Source: a virus
Lineage: Duplodnaviria; Caudoviricetes
Length of the DNA stretch: 39,344 bases
Virus record (IMG/VR): IMGVR_UViG_3300020138_000013
Span: 1-39,344 of that record
Direction: 5' to 3' (one strand)
A model generated the notes under the pieces. The model was given only the letters and a program-made list of their open reading frames with translations. It made no database searches and was not told the DNA's origin. A program made the position numbers and the translations under genes. Below, piece by piece: positions 14,902-24,084 of the stretch (positions are counted from its first letter, which is position 1; each line of letters begins with the position of its first letter).

Positions 14902-17900
14902 TATGTTGCTTGTAAGGCGTTAATCAAGTCTTCCAGTGTTGATGTCCCTGCTACAAGCGCATTAATTGCTGTACGCTGTGCAGGGGATAGGAGGGCATCG
15001 ACATATTGTTTGTTAGCTGCGTCATTAGGTTGCTCTGGGTCGGCCACACCTGTGAGGAGAGTGGGTGTTAGGGTGCCGCCATTTGTGGTGCGTCTACCTA
15101 TGGCTACTTCATGTGTAGTATCTTCTCGGGTGTTGGAACTATATGGTCCAATACAAGTTTTATTTGCCGTGAGTACAGGATTCGTGTTGTAAGCCCCGGC
15201 ATATCTACCTATTGACACTGAAGAGTTACTACTCGCCGTGGAGTTAATTCCTATAGCAACACCGTTTGCATTAGAAACTCTTGCATAATAACCTATTGCC
15301 GTTGATCCATTGGAGTTTACTTCAATCCCGGCATTATAGCCTACTGCTACCCCATTAGCAGACTTTGCATATGCAAGATTACCAATGCCTGTTGAGTTGT
15401 TTCCTATTGTGGCCGAGGGATTGGCATTACTACTCCTAACAACCCCATTACCTGAGAAAGCAGTGTCAGCTACTTCTGCAATATTACCACTATTATCTCT
15501 AGAAATAAGGGTGTATCCTGAAGAACCCCCGCCAGAGTTTGCTATAGCAGTGTCTACATATCCTTTAGTGGCAGCATCAGTAGAGTCTACCGGTGTAGAG
15601 ACGTTGGATATAAGCCGAGTTTCTTCCCTATCGGGGTTTCCAACAGACACTTGAAATACTTTTGTAGTGACTGCGTTCGCACCTAATGCTACAGAGTTTT
15701 CGTGTCCTACGGCTGAAGAGTAACCAATTGCGGTTCCCAGAGTCTTCGAAACAAAAGAACTGCCCCCTATCCCAACACTCCCATAACCAGAACCTTCAAT
15801 TTCAATGCCGCTACCATCACCAATGGCAATGGAGTTGTTGGCATCCTGTAAATATGCCCCACTCCCTACTGCAACAGTACGGGTCCCCCCATCAATGTAG
15901 GTGTTTTCACCAACGGCTGTTGAACGCATTGTTCCGGCCCAGGAATCTACACCCAAAGCCAGGGACCTCTCGGCAATTGCATAGGATGAGTAGCCTATTG
16001 CAACAGATTCGTCCCCAATTGCTTTGTCATTCCCGGCATCAGCACTACGGATAGAATTTACACCCGTTAGCCCCGTGCCATCTGACACCAGGATGTCACC
16101 GGAATCATCTGTAACGATCAGAGAATGCCCACTAGCACCCCCTCCGCCTCCTGCACTGGCTACAGCATCATCTACATATTTCTTAGATGCTACATGCTCC
16201 GCATTAGTGGGTGTTAACACTGTTTGTATCTGCCCCGTACTATCCCGCATAACAAGATTGTGTGCAGAGGAAGATGTTGGAGCATTAAGTGTATTATCTG
16301 TTCTCAACCCACCAGTGATTTCTCCTGAAGTGGGGTTAGTGACTGTTGGGATGTAGTATTCCCCGGAAACACTAACACGAGGCCCGTAGGGCATATAGCT
16401 ATTGAGGATATCAAAAACATCAGCCTCAACACCATTAGGGTCATACACAGAGGATTGCATATCCCCAGAGGAGCCTCCCCCGCCTGTAGCACTTACTACA
16501 GGATTGAGTGGGTCTGTATCGTCCACGGTGATATTTGTCCCAGCAACGATAGACTGGATAGCCGTATCTGCTTTAGCCCCTTGAGCACTTGTGGCAAAAT
16601 CTATAGAGTCTGCACTTGCAGCAGAGCCTAATGTTGGCTTATTCAGAATCTGAGCCACACCATTTGTAGCATTCCAATCACTATTAACTTGTGCATCTGG
16701 AATTGTTGGCTTATTGCTCAAGTCATTATAATTCCCAGAGAACAATGTTGGAAGATTATCCAAGTCATCATAATCTCCACTTGTAGCAACGTCAGCAAGT
16801 CCTGTAATAGTGCTTGCGCTCTGTGTCCCTGTATGTGTGCTCCTGTCTCTCAGGGAAGCATCAGAACTATTTTCTGTAGCGTTAGCCTCGATACCAGATA
16901 GTTTGCTTTTCTCTGCATCTGTATACCCATTTGTGTCTGGGTTACTTTCGTACAGGGATTTAATCTGTGCTGGTGTTAGTTCTGTAGCAGCACCCTGCAC
17001 TTGTGTCCACTGTTCGTCACTATCATCCCACAGATAAGAAACTACAGCTTCATCTTCCCCAAGATCAACATAGGCGTAATCCCCCACATCTGCTGTTGGG
17101 AATGCTGTGTTCAAAGCAGAAAGAGAAACAAACTGTCCCTTGAAATGACTACCCTCCAAGCCTGAAAGTTTTTCTTTCTCAGCTTGTGTAATGTATTTAT
17201 TCACACTACCTTCGGGGATATCATCTGCACTTGCAGGGGTATTCAGAAGATCACCGTAATCCCCCGTAGAAGCTACTGCGGATAGGCCATCAATCTTAGC
17301 CTTATCAGAAGAGGACAAAACTCCAGCTTGTGTACTAGTAGCTTGTCCGATAACAGCATTTGTTCCATTATCATTTGTAATGGTGACTTGATTTGCTGTT
17401 CTTGTAGCAGACAGGTTTGTGGGGACATTCACTTCTGCCCCAGATTCAATCCCACCTAGCTTATTCTTTTCGCTGTCTGTGAAGGCGTTTGTATTAGCAT
17501 TGCTTTCATAGAGAGATTTAATCTCGGAGGCATCTAATTCAATAGCCCCAATAGAATCATCTACATAAGTGGTTGTAGCATACACAGACAAATTTGGCTT
17601 TCCAGACAAATCATCATATTCACCAGAGGTGGCTACATCTGCTAGGCTTTCTTCCAATTCTGTTACATCACCAACAGAAGCCTTGCCTTCTAGGGCCGAT
17701 TCTAGCCCTTCTATGGTGTTAATTGCTTGGGTGCCTGTGTGTGTAGCCCTATCACGCAAATCGGCGTCAGAGGCGTTTTTAGTGGCTTCTGGGGCTACTC
17801 CTGACAGCTTATCTTTCTCTGCATCAGAGAAAGCGTTTGTATCTGCGTTGGATTCGTATAGGCTCTTGATTTCTGCTGCACCTAAATCTTGTACATCAGC

Positions 17901-18422
17901 ACTAAGAACACCCTCCGGTGTGACAGAGAGGTTATCTCCAACAATCACTACACCAGCCTTGCTTGTTGTAGCAACACCAATCTCAATATCTTCTGGATCA
18001 ATATACAAAGGACCGTAGTGATGGGCACGATTCAACAGATATTCATCTGTCTCGTTCTTTGTAGCACCAGTTTGGATAGTCCCCAACTTTGTAACATCAC
18101 TATCACGAAAGTCATTGGTGGAAAGCCCCTTTCCTACTTCCCTATCCACCTTGAATTGCAATCTGTCATCTGTATAGTGCTTGGATGCTTCAATAGCGGC
18201 AGCATCTTGTCCATCAATGTAACTCTTTGTGGGCAGAGATGGAACACCCTTCAGATCACTGAACTTTCCTGTATACGCCACCTGAGATAGGTTGAGTTTG
18301 TTCTTAATCCAGGAGTAAATTCTTGCGAAATTTACACGGAAAGAACTAAATCCACTTTGCATTTCAATTACATCGTTGTCCTGCAAGGATTTATCTAATT
18401 CTTTAATTTCACTAATTAACAT
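14901..18422 (-). CDS. Large fibrous adhesin-like virion protein with YadA-like head and neck repeats
   Basis: Repeats EIKSLYESN.DTN.F.D.EK.KL, VATSG.Y.DL; xxAIG head repeats; DAATKGYVD/DAANKQYVD neck motifs. Confidence 0.8.
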   Translation of the reverse strand: MLISEIKELDKSLQDNDVIEMQSGFSSFRVNFARIYSWIKNKLNLSQVAYTGKFSDLKGVPSLPTKSYIDGQDAAAIEASKHYTDDRLQFKVDREVGKGLSTNDFRDSDVTKLGTIQTGATKNETDEYLLNRAHHYGPLYIDPEDIEIGVATTSKAGVVIVGDNLSVTPEGVLSADVQDLGAAEIKSLYESNADTNAFSDAEKDKLSGVAPEATKNASDADLRDRATHTGTQAINTIEGLESALEGKASVGDVTELEESLADVATSGEYDDLSGKPNLSVYATTTYVDDSIGAIELDASEIKSLYESNANTNAFTDSEKNKLGGIESGAEVNVPTNLSATRTANQVTITNDNGTNAVIGQATSTQAGVLSSSDKAKIDGLSAVASTGDYGDLLNTPASADDIPEGSVNKYITQAEKEKLSGLEGSHFKGQFVSLSALNTAFPTADVGDYAYVDLGEDEAVVSYLWDDSDEQWTQVQGAATELTPAQIKSLYESNPDTNGYTDAEKSKLSGIEANATENSSDASLRDRSTHTGTQSASTITGLADVATSGDYDDLDNLPTLFSGNYNDLSNKPTIPDAQVNSDWNATNGVAQILNKPTLGSAASADSIDFATSAQGAKADTAIQSIVAGTNITVDDTDPLNPVVSATGGGGSSGDMQSSVYDPNGVEADVFDILNSYMPYGPRVSVSGEYYIPTVTNPTSGEITGGLRTDNTLNAPTSSSAHNLVMRDSTGQIQTVLTPTNAEHVASKKYVDDAVASAGGGGGASGHSLIVTDDSGDILVSDGTGLTGVNSIRSADAGNDKAIGDESVAIGYSSYAIAERSLALGVDSWAGTMRSTAVGENTYIDGGTRTVAVGSGAYLQDANNSIAIGDGSGIEIEGSGYGSVGIGGSSFVSKTLGTAIGYSSAVGHENSVALGANAVTTKVFQVSVGNPDREETRLISNVSTPVDSTDAATKGYVDTAIANSGGGSSGYTLISRDNSGNIAEVADTAFSGNGVVRSSNANPSATIGNNSTGIGNLAYAKSANGVAVGYNAGIEVNSNGSTAIGYYARVSNANGVAIGINSTASSNSSVSIGRYAGAYNTNPVLTANKTCIGPYSSNTREDTTHEVAIGRRTTNGGTLTPTLLTGVADPEQPNDAANKQYVDALLSPAQRTAINALVAGTSTLEDLINALQAT

Positions 18423-18433
18423 TCATTGCCCTT

Positions 18434-19189
18434 TTATACATCAACAAGGTTAGCAAACAGGCCACCATCTACAGAAGAATTGGATAGATCACCAAATCCC
18501 TTGGAGGTGGATACATCATCAAAAGCAAAGCTGTTATCTGGATCATATGTTCCATAGGAGATATTTACACCCAGAGGTTTTGGAAACAGCGTCACATCAT
18601 AATCTCCACTCCTATTCACATAGGAAAGGAGCATTGTTTGTTGTGGTGTAAGATTTTCTGAAATAAGGAGAATCACTACAGCCTGAGATTCAGAAGCAAA
18701 ACTGCTGTCTGTTCCAAACACATAATTGATATACCACATCAACTCTTCTGGTGTAGCATGTGTCACGTTCTTGGCAATCTTAGCCCGAATCATGATACGA
18801 TAGGTTTCATCGTCCAGTGTGACACTTCCTTGCATTCTGTTATTCAAATCAAAGAAGATACCCCCTTGATTATTAAACAGGCTCCCCATGCTGTTACTGC
18901 GGGGATTTCCCTCCATACCAAAGAATTCCAAGAAATCAACATTCATCAGCACTCGCGGCTGTCCCACGATATCACCAATAATATCTAGTTGCTTTCCTTT
19001 GGCTTCTTCAAGTGTACGAAGCTGCTTTAGTTCCTTAAATGCTGTTTGTAATTCCTTAATCTCTTCCACAAATAGTTGAATATATTTGTCAAACACAGAT
19101 TTGTCTTCAAAGGCCATTGTGTATTTATCTCTGGCACTCTGAAGATAGTCTGTTTCTGAGAAAGGAATCAGGAGATTTGGATCACTCAT
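18434..19189 (-). CDS. Baseplate wedge protein (DUF2612-like)
   Basis: GKQLDIIGDIVGQPR, LDDETYRIMIRAKI, PKPLGV. Confidence 0.82.
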   Translation of the reverse strand: MSDPNLLIPFSETDYLQSARDKYTMAFEDKSVFDKYIQLFVEEIKELQTAFKELKQLRTLEEAKGKQLDIIGDIVGQPRVLMNVDFLEFFGMEGNPRSNSMGSLFNNQGGIFFDLNNRMQGSVTLDDETYRIMIRAKIAKNVTHATPEELMWYINYVFGTDSSFASESQAVVILLISENLTPQQTMLLSYVNRSGDYDVTLFPKPLGVNISYGTYDPDNSFAFDDVSTSKGFGDLSNSSVDGGLFANLVDV

Positions 19190-19203
19190 ATCCTAGCCTC
19201 CTT

Positions 19204-20652
19204 TTAGATAAAGCGGATATTTTCTTTAGAAATGATTGGACGTTGATTGTAAGCCAACTCAACATTAGCATTTGTTAATTCTTCACTACCCTCATCCGTT
19301 CCAACATTCAAGACATTCACTTGATGACCAGGAACAGCGTTGATTGGTGTGAACAACCTTGTATAGATAATGCTTTCTCCAATACCAAATTTGTTGATAT
19401 ATTCTACGAGATTATTTCTAATCTGTTCTTGCCCATCAACAGGAAAATCTGGGAACTCTTCCAATTCAATATCCATGTAGATTGGTGTATACTCTGGACG
19501 AGAAAAATTCACTGTACGAAGGAATCCATAACTGTCTAGAATGTTTACAGAGACATCTCCATTACTTTGAATCCCAACAGGACGATTGCGCCAAATAGCC
19601 TGAGCAATGCTACTATTCAAACCACCATCTACAAGAACAAGGAAGCTATGCCCGGGATTGCCATAGTCGTCTACAGTGTCTGTATCATTATCAATAATTA
19701 ACACCTCCTGTACACCATCTAGGTCATACAGGGCTGTATACAGGGCTTCAATAACGTTTGTTCCTCTTTGGAACTTCGTGTTACGAAAACGAATTCTTAA
19801 TTCCTCGTCTGTTTCTCTGAAACTGCCTGTATTGGCAGCAAAAGGATTCCAGACATAATCCCAAGAAAGTGAGGGTGTAGCAATCTGATTGATTACATTA
19901 ATAGGCTCAACCACTGGACCCACCTCTGTTCCAGTGACAACCACACTACCTAAAGCCTTCACTACATTAATTGGCGTGGTGATGGTGAAATCAAACAGTT
20001 GAAATTCAATAGCACCAGTAAGGAATAGAATTCCATCCCTCTTATATGTTGTCAGTAGGGGATGATTATCTGCCACTTCATCCACCACCTTATTGAAGAA
20101 ATCGTCTTGTGATTCTCCCGCTGTCCTTGTAACACTCAACGTCAGATATACAGCCGAATTGGATGGACGATATGAGATAGTGGAGGTGCCTGATGTAATT
20201 GGCGTAGTGATTGTAATCCCAACACCCAATGTATCGCTGGCAGATAGTTTGGTGCCTTGTGTAACACGATAGGTGTTGCCTGTTAAAGAAGACCTCACTT
20301 GCATCCCTGCGTTGATGGTTCCTCCCAGATTGCCTTCAACATATAAGTCTGCTTGCGTGGCTTCCTCCCCTCGTCTTGTAATACCAGCAAGCATTACAAG
20401 ATTGTCTAGGGCAACCCCCTCTGCACTGTTGGGGTCATAAGCCCAATAAATATCTGCCGATGCTTCCCATAGATCACTGATTTCATTTGCAATCAATCCA
20501 ATATATCGGCCAATTGTACTACTTTCACTGGTGTCAACCGTATCCCCCGGTTGTACTAAATCCTGAAAGATTGTTGTAGCCTTCCCCCTTAAAGACTCCA
20601 ATACATCAGGGAGTCTCTTAATTACCAGCCCTTCTTCTGTCATTCCTGCCAT
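19204..20652 (-). CDS. Baseplate J-like wedge protein
   Basis: AEGVALDNL...GITR, ETDEELRIR, NFSRP. Confidence 0.9.
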   Translation of the reverse strand: MAGMTEEGLVIKRLPDVLESLRGKATTIFQDLVQPGDTVDTSESSTIGRYIGLIANEISDLWEASADIYWAYDPNSAEGVALDNLVMLAGITRRGEEATQADLYVEGNLGGTINAGMQVRSSLTGNTYRVTQGTKLSASDTLGVGITITTPITSGTSTISYRPSNSAVYLTLSVTRTAGESQDDFFNKVVDEVADNHPLLTTYKRDGILFLTGAIEFQLFDFTITTPINVVKALGSVVVTGTEVGPVVEPINVINQIATPSLSWDYVWNPFAANTGSFRETDEELRIRFRNTKFQRGTNVIEALYTALYDLDGVQEVLIIDNDTDTVDDYGNPGHSFLVLVDGGLNSSIAQAIWRNRPVGIQSNGDVSVNILDSYGFLRTVNFSRPEYTPIYMDIELEEFPDFPVDGQEQIRNNLVEYINKFGIGESIIYTRLFTPINAVPGHQVNVLNVGTDEGSEELTNANVELAYNQRPIISKENIRFI

Positions 20653-20685
20653 TTCGTTCCCTTTAAATGTAGGCTACAATTCTTG

Positions 20686-21048
20686 TTATAATGAAAATCT
20701 AATTGGCTCAGTTTCCTCACCTGAGCCTGTCTTCACCCTAAATTCACATTGATATGTTCTTCTTGCACTATCATAGGCAGACTTGAAAAAGGAAATAGAG
20801 GCTACACCCCTCTCTGCCCTAATTTGATCGTGGATGATGATGTCTACAGCATTCTTTGTAACTTTCTTATGTCCCAGAATCTTTTCAAGATAGGGGACGC
20901 CGTATTCCTCATTCAAAAACCACTCCGAATAGAATGTTCTGAATCTAATCTGCAATCTCTGTGCCACCACCTCTGCACGATCTGTGGTGACAGGACACTG
21001 CCCATTGACAAAAAGAATATCGTTGTCTTTTCCTAATTTTAAATCCAT
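20686..21048 (-). CDS. Baseplate wedge / sheath initiator (gp25-like)
   Basis: VAQRLQIR...EWFLNEEYGVPY; synteny. Confidence 0.8.
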   Translation of the reverse strand: MDLKLGKDNDILFVNGQCPVTTDRAEVVAQRLQIRFRTFYSEWFLNEEYGVPYLEKILGHKKVTKNAVDIIIHDQIRAERGVASISFFKSAYDSARRTYQCEFRVKTGSGEETEPIRFSL

Positions 21049-21056
21049 AATATTCC

Positions 21057-21893
21057 TTATGTTCCAAAAGGATTGGTCCTGCTGCCGCCTGGGGCGATGC
21101 CTCCGTGGTCATGGTCCTCGACAGGCGTTCCATTCAGGATGAATGATCCGTTATGAGACATTACACCCGTGGCTGTAGCCTCTTCTGTGGCATTCATTGT
21201 GTATGTTCCTGTTTGGATATTGAAATTATCACACTGGAAATCTACATCCTCTGAATTCACAGAAAATGTTTCACTATTCACCTCCGCATCTGTACAGTTC
21301 ACTGTGGCAGAATTCGCTGCATTTATAGTGGTACTATCACCTGCGTTGATGATTGTGTTCTTTGGTGTATTGATGATTACATCACCACTAGGTTTCAGCC
21401 TAATCTCCACCTCATTTCCTGTTCCAATATTATGAACAAGAACAACATCCTCTGTGCTGTGGCTGTTAGAACGGCTTCCAGGACTATTAACAGGAACACC
21501 CGCAGGGTATACACCGGGGATGGCAATACAATCGCTTAGATCGAATCTACGCAAGTCTGAGGGGGCTTGTGATTCCCCTCTTCCTTTCTTCCAAACATCC
21601 AATCCCCTCATGCTGAAATTCAGCCAAACAGGATTTCCCTTTTTGATGGGGTATGTCAATCCCCCTAGTTGTGTGACAGGCATATGTAGGGGGACATTAA
21701 TGATGGCTGGCCTATCTACCACCTCATCCCCGTCCTCGTTACGCATAGCAACAGAAGGCTGTACATCCACCCTCATCCCAGAAAGATCAGAATGAATGCC
21801 TACAACAACTCCAGGGATGCTTGTGTAGATATCTGCTAGATGGTAATCCATCGCATTTGTCAACACCTCTTGTAGAGACACTTGCCTTGTCAT
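21057..21893 (-). CDS. Baseplate central spike
   Basis: OB-like N-terminus, RRFDLSD, beta-helix repeats, C-terminal HDH metal-binding tip. Confidence 0.88.
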   Translation of the reverse strand: MTRQVSLQEVLTNAMDYHLADIYTSIPGVVVGIHSDLSGMRVDVQPSVAMRNEDGDEVVDRPAIINVPLHMPVTQLGGLTYPIKKGNPVWLNFSMRGLDVWKKGRGESQAPSDLRRFDLSDCIAIPGVYPAGVPVNSPGSRSNSHSTEDVVLVHNIGTGNEVEIRLKPSGDVIINTPKNTIINAGDSTTINAANSATVNCTDAEVNSETFSVNSEDVDFQCDNFNIQTGTYTMNATEEATATGVMSHNGSFILNGTPVEDHDHGGIAPGGSRTNPFGT

Positions 21894-21903
21894 GCTTTCT
21901 CCT

Positions 21904-22869
21904 TTACTGAGGAAGGGCTGAACAGATCAATTTGGAATACCAATCCCTATCCTCATAACTTCCAGTGTGTGTCACTTCATCCACTTTAAAGTAACTATCA
22001 ATATCCCCATATTCCACTTTGATGATACTTCCTGCTGTAATAGCAGGATTCAAAAGAATCTTCAAGTGGAGGGTTTGTTTTTTCTGTTTTGTATTCTTAC
22101 TGCTAGACTTGCCTTTGCTTCCAGGCTTTTCATCTTTGAGCCTCAGACGCTTAGGGTCTTCACTCTTGAATTGTGGGGATTCAATCATGCCAGAGAATTG
22201 TCCAATTAAGGGAACACCCTCTGTACTCTTAGAAAAACTACCATCAATATCTGAAACATAGAGGACACTTTGATCCACTTGCCATTCAATATTGTAGGCT
22301 CTTGTGAGTTTATCTAGAATTTGTCTTGGGGTACCAGACATGGGAAAGCCATCCGCCACCTCTGTCTCTACCCCTTTGCCAGCAATCTCATACCGTGTGA
22401 TTTCAGGCATGTCTTCCACAACACCCAGAACTACATCTTTGACAGTTTTCCCTGCGGGAACAGTTTTGGAAATGATACGTCCATTCATTTCCTTAAAGTA
22501 TTCATCTACTGTGAGGGTGGTGATGATATCTGTATTTGATCTTTTTGAGCGGTAGGAGCCTTCATCCCCATCCTGCACTTGTAGGTCCACCACTTGACCA
22601 GAAAAAAGGGAGATTAATTCCTCCCCCTGATCTAGTGCATCAGCATATCCCACCTTAAGTTGTACAGTGACATACCTATCTTCTAAAGCCTTTCGTCTTT
22701 CTTCTGACAGATTGTAAATCTCCACCCTAGCTTGATTTTTCTTTTCTCTGTTATTGCTAGTCTTGGTCACTGTAAACTTGATTTGAAGATTACTTATTTC
22801 TATAGCATCTTCTTCTGTACCAACAATCAGGGAGTACACCCTGTTGCGAAGATACTTAGGCATAAACAA
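21904..22869 (-). CDS. Baseplate hub protein
   Basis: IYNLS...VGY...LLNP motifs; position before spike. Confidence 0.8.
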   Translation of the reverse strand: MFMPKYLRNRVYSLIVGTEEDAIEISNLQIKFTVTKTSNNREKKNQARVEIYNLSEERRKALEDRYVTVQLKVGYADALDQGEELISLFSGQVVDLQVQDGDEGSYRSKRSNTDIITTLTVDEYFKEMNGRIISKTVPAGKTVKDVVLGVVEDMPEITRYEIAGKGVETEVADGFPMSGTPRQILDKLTRAYNIEWQVDQSVLYVSDIDGSFSKSTEGVPLIGQFSGMIESPQFKSEDPKRLRLKDEKPGSKGKSSSKNTKQKKQTLHLKILLNPAITAGSIIKVEYGDIDSYFKVDEVTHTGSYEDRDWYSKLICSALPQ

Positions 22870-22875
22870 CTCTCC

Positions 22876-23238
22876 TTATTGTGGCTCTAAATCCCTATAC
22901 CCGTAGTACAACTTGTAATACTTCCAGATTTCAAACGGATTACTAATCGTTTCATTCTGATCTTTCCCAACACTCGATAGAACAAAGAAGCCAGAAAAAG
23001 GCATCTCATGATCTATTAGCATTGGATAATTTGGAATAACCTTGATTCCAAGAAAGATTGGTGTGTTGTCTGCATAACGAATATCCATCATCCACACTTT
23101 AATCCTTACGTTGTAGTAGAGGCGAATCTTGTATGCAATCCCTTCTAGTGGAACAATGTAGTAGTAATCTGAATTCTGGTACAGAGGGAGGGTGAGGTAG
23201 GTGTAGGGGCTAACGTATTGTTCTAGTTCTTCATCCAT
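22876..23238 (-). CDS. Baseplate protein
   Basis: Synteny; YKIRLYYN...WMMDI pattern. Confidence 0.65.
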   Translation of the reverse strand: MDEELEQYVSPYTYLTLPLYQNSDYYYIVPLEGIAYKIRLYYNVRIKVWMMDIRYADNTPIFLGIKVIPNYPMLIDHEMPFSGFFVLSSVGKDQNETISNPFEIWKYYKLYYGYRDLEPQ

Positions 23239-23247
23239 ATTATCCCC

Positions 23248-24075
23248 TTAGAATCCTGCCAATTCTGCTTCAGTTGTGGCCCACTTTCTGTCATCTGGGC
23301 CAGTGCCATTCCACATATCCCCGCCATAATCTGTTTCAGGCGGAGGTATTGTCTCTGTCTTAGCTGTTCCTTTGTTTTGGGAACTCTCTGCTTTTTTCGC
23401 AGTATCTGATCCCTTGGCTGGCTTTGGTGCCTCTGCCTTTTCAGACGTAGCAAACCTCACTTGTTCAAATGCCAACTCAAGAAACAAACCATTCCCTGTC
23501 TCAACAGTTTCACGAACGTTATAGTCTGTCAATACCAGATTATCTCTACTCTTTCCCAGATAACTACCAATAGTTTCATACAGTGTGATTAGCACCATAC
23601 GATTTTCCCATCTGTTTCTTTGTTCGTTGAAATACAGACCAGACATGATGAGTTCTAGAAGGGCTTCTACCTGTTCTTTGAAGTCTGTCCTGGAGGTATT
23701 CCCACCAATCACTTGTGGGGTCATGCTAGGAACAAATTGTCCTAAGCTATCAGGAACAAACTTTCGTAGTGTAGAGTTCAAATCTACAATAGTGGCTGCC
23801 TGGGCTGGTTGATTAGCATTCATCACCCCTTCATCTTCAAGAAAGATGTTAGAGGGGATGGGAGACAAATCGGCACCAGAAATCACCCCATTCACTTGAA
23901 ACTTGGGGTTTTGAACAGTGAAGTGATCTGAAACATTAGCACCAGATTCAATCGGATGGGAGGTGACCCTCCCCCCGAATTTCTTTCCATATTGTGTTGT
24001 AGCATCCAGGTAGATGATTCCACGAATGTCCTGATTGGGGGTAGAATAATCTCCGAATTTAATTGCTAAAGACAT
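23248..24075 (-). CDS. Tail tube initiator / Dit-like baseplate protein
   Basis: VTSHPIESGANVSDH motif; follows tape measure. Confidence 0.75.
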   Translation of the reverse strand: MSLAIKFGDYSTPNQDIRGIIYLDATTQYGKKFGGRVTSHPIESGANVSDHFTVQNPKFQVNGVISGADLSPIPSNIFLEDEGVMNANQPAQAATIVDLNSTLRKFVPDSLGQFVPSMTPQVIGGNTSRTDFKEQVEALLELIMSGLYFNEQRNRWENRMVLITLYETIGSYLGKSRDNLVLTDYNVRETVETGNGLFLELAFEQVRFATSEKAEAPKPAKGSDTAKKAESSQNKGTAKTETIPPPETDYGGDMWNGTGPDDRKWATTEAELAGF

Positions 24076-24084
24076 TCTATCTCC

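Noticed and set aside
13599-18422. Diversity-generating retroelement or invertible fibre cassette
   Set aside because: No reverse transcriptase, invertase or near-identical TR/VR pair seen; repeats are diverged at the DNA level
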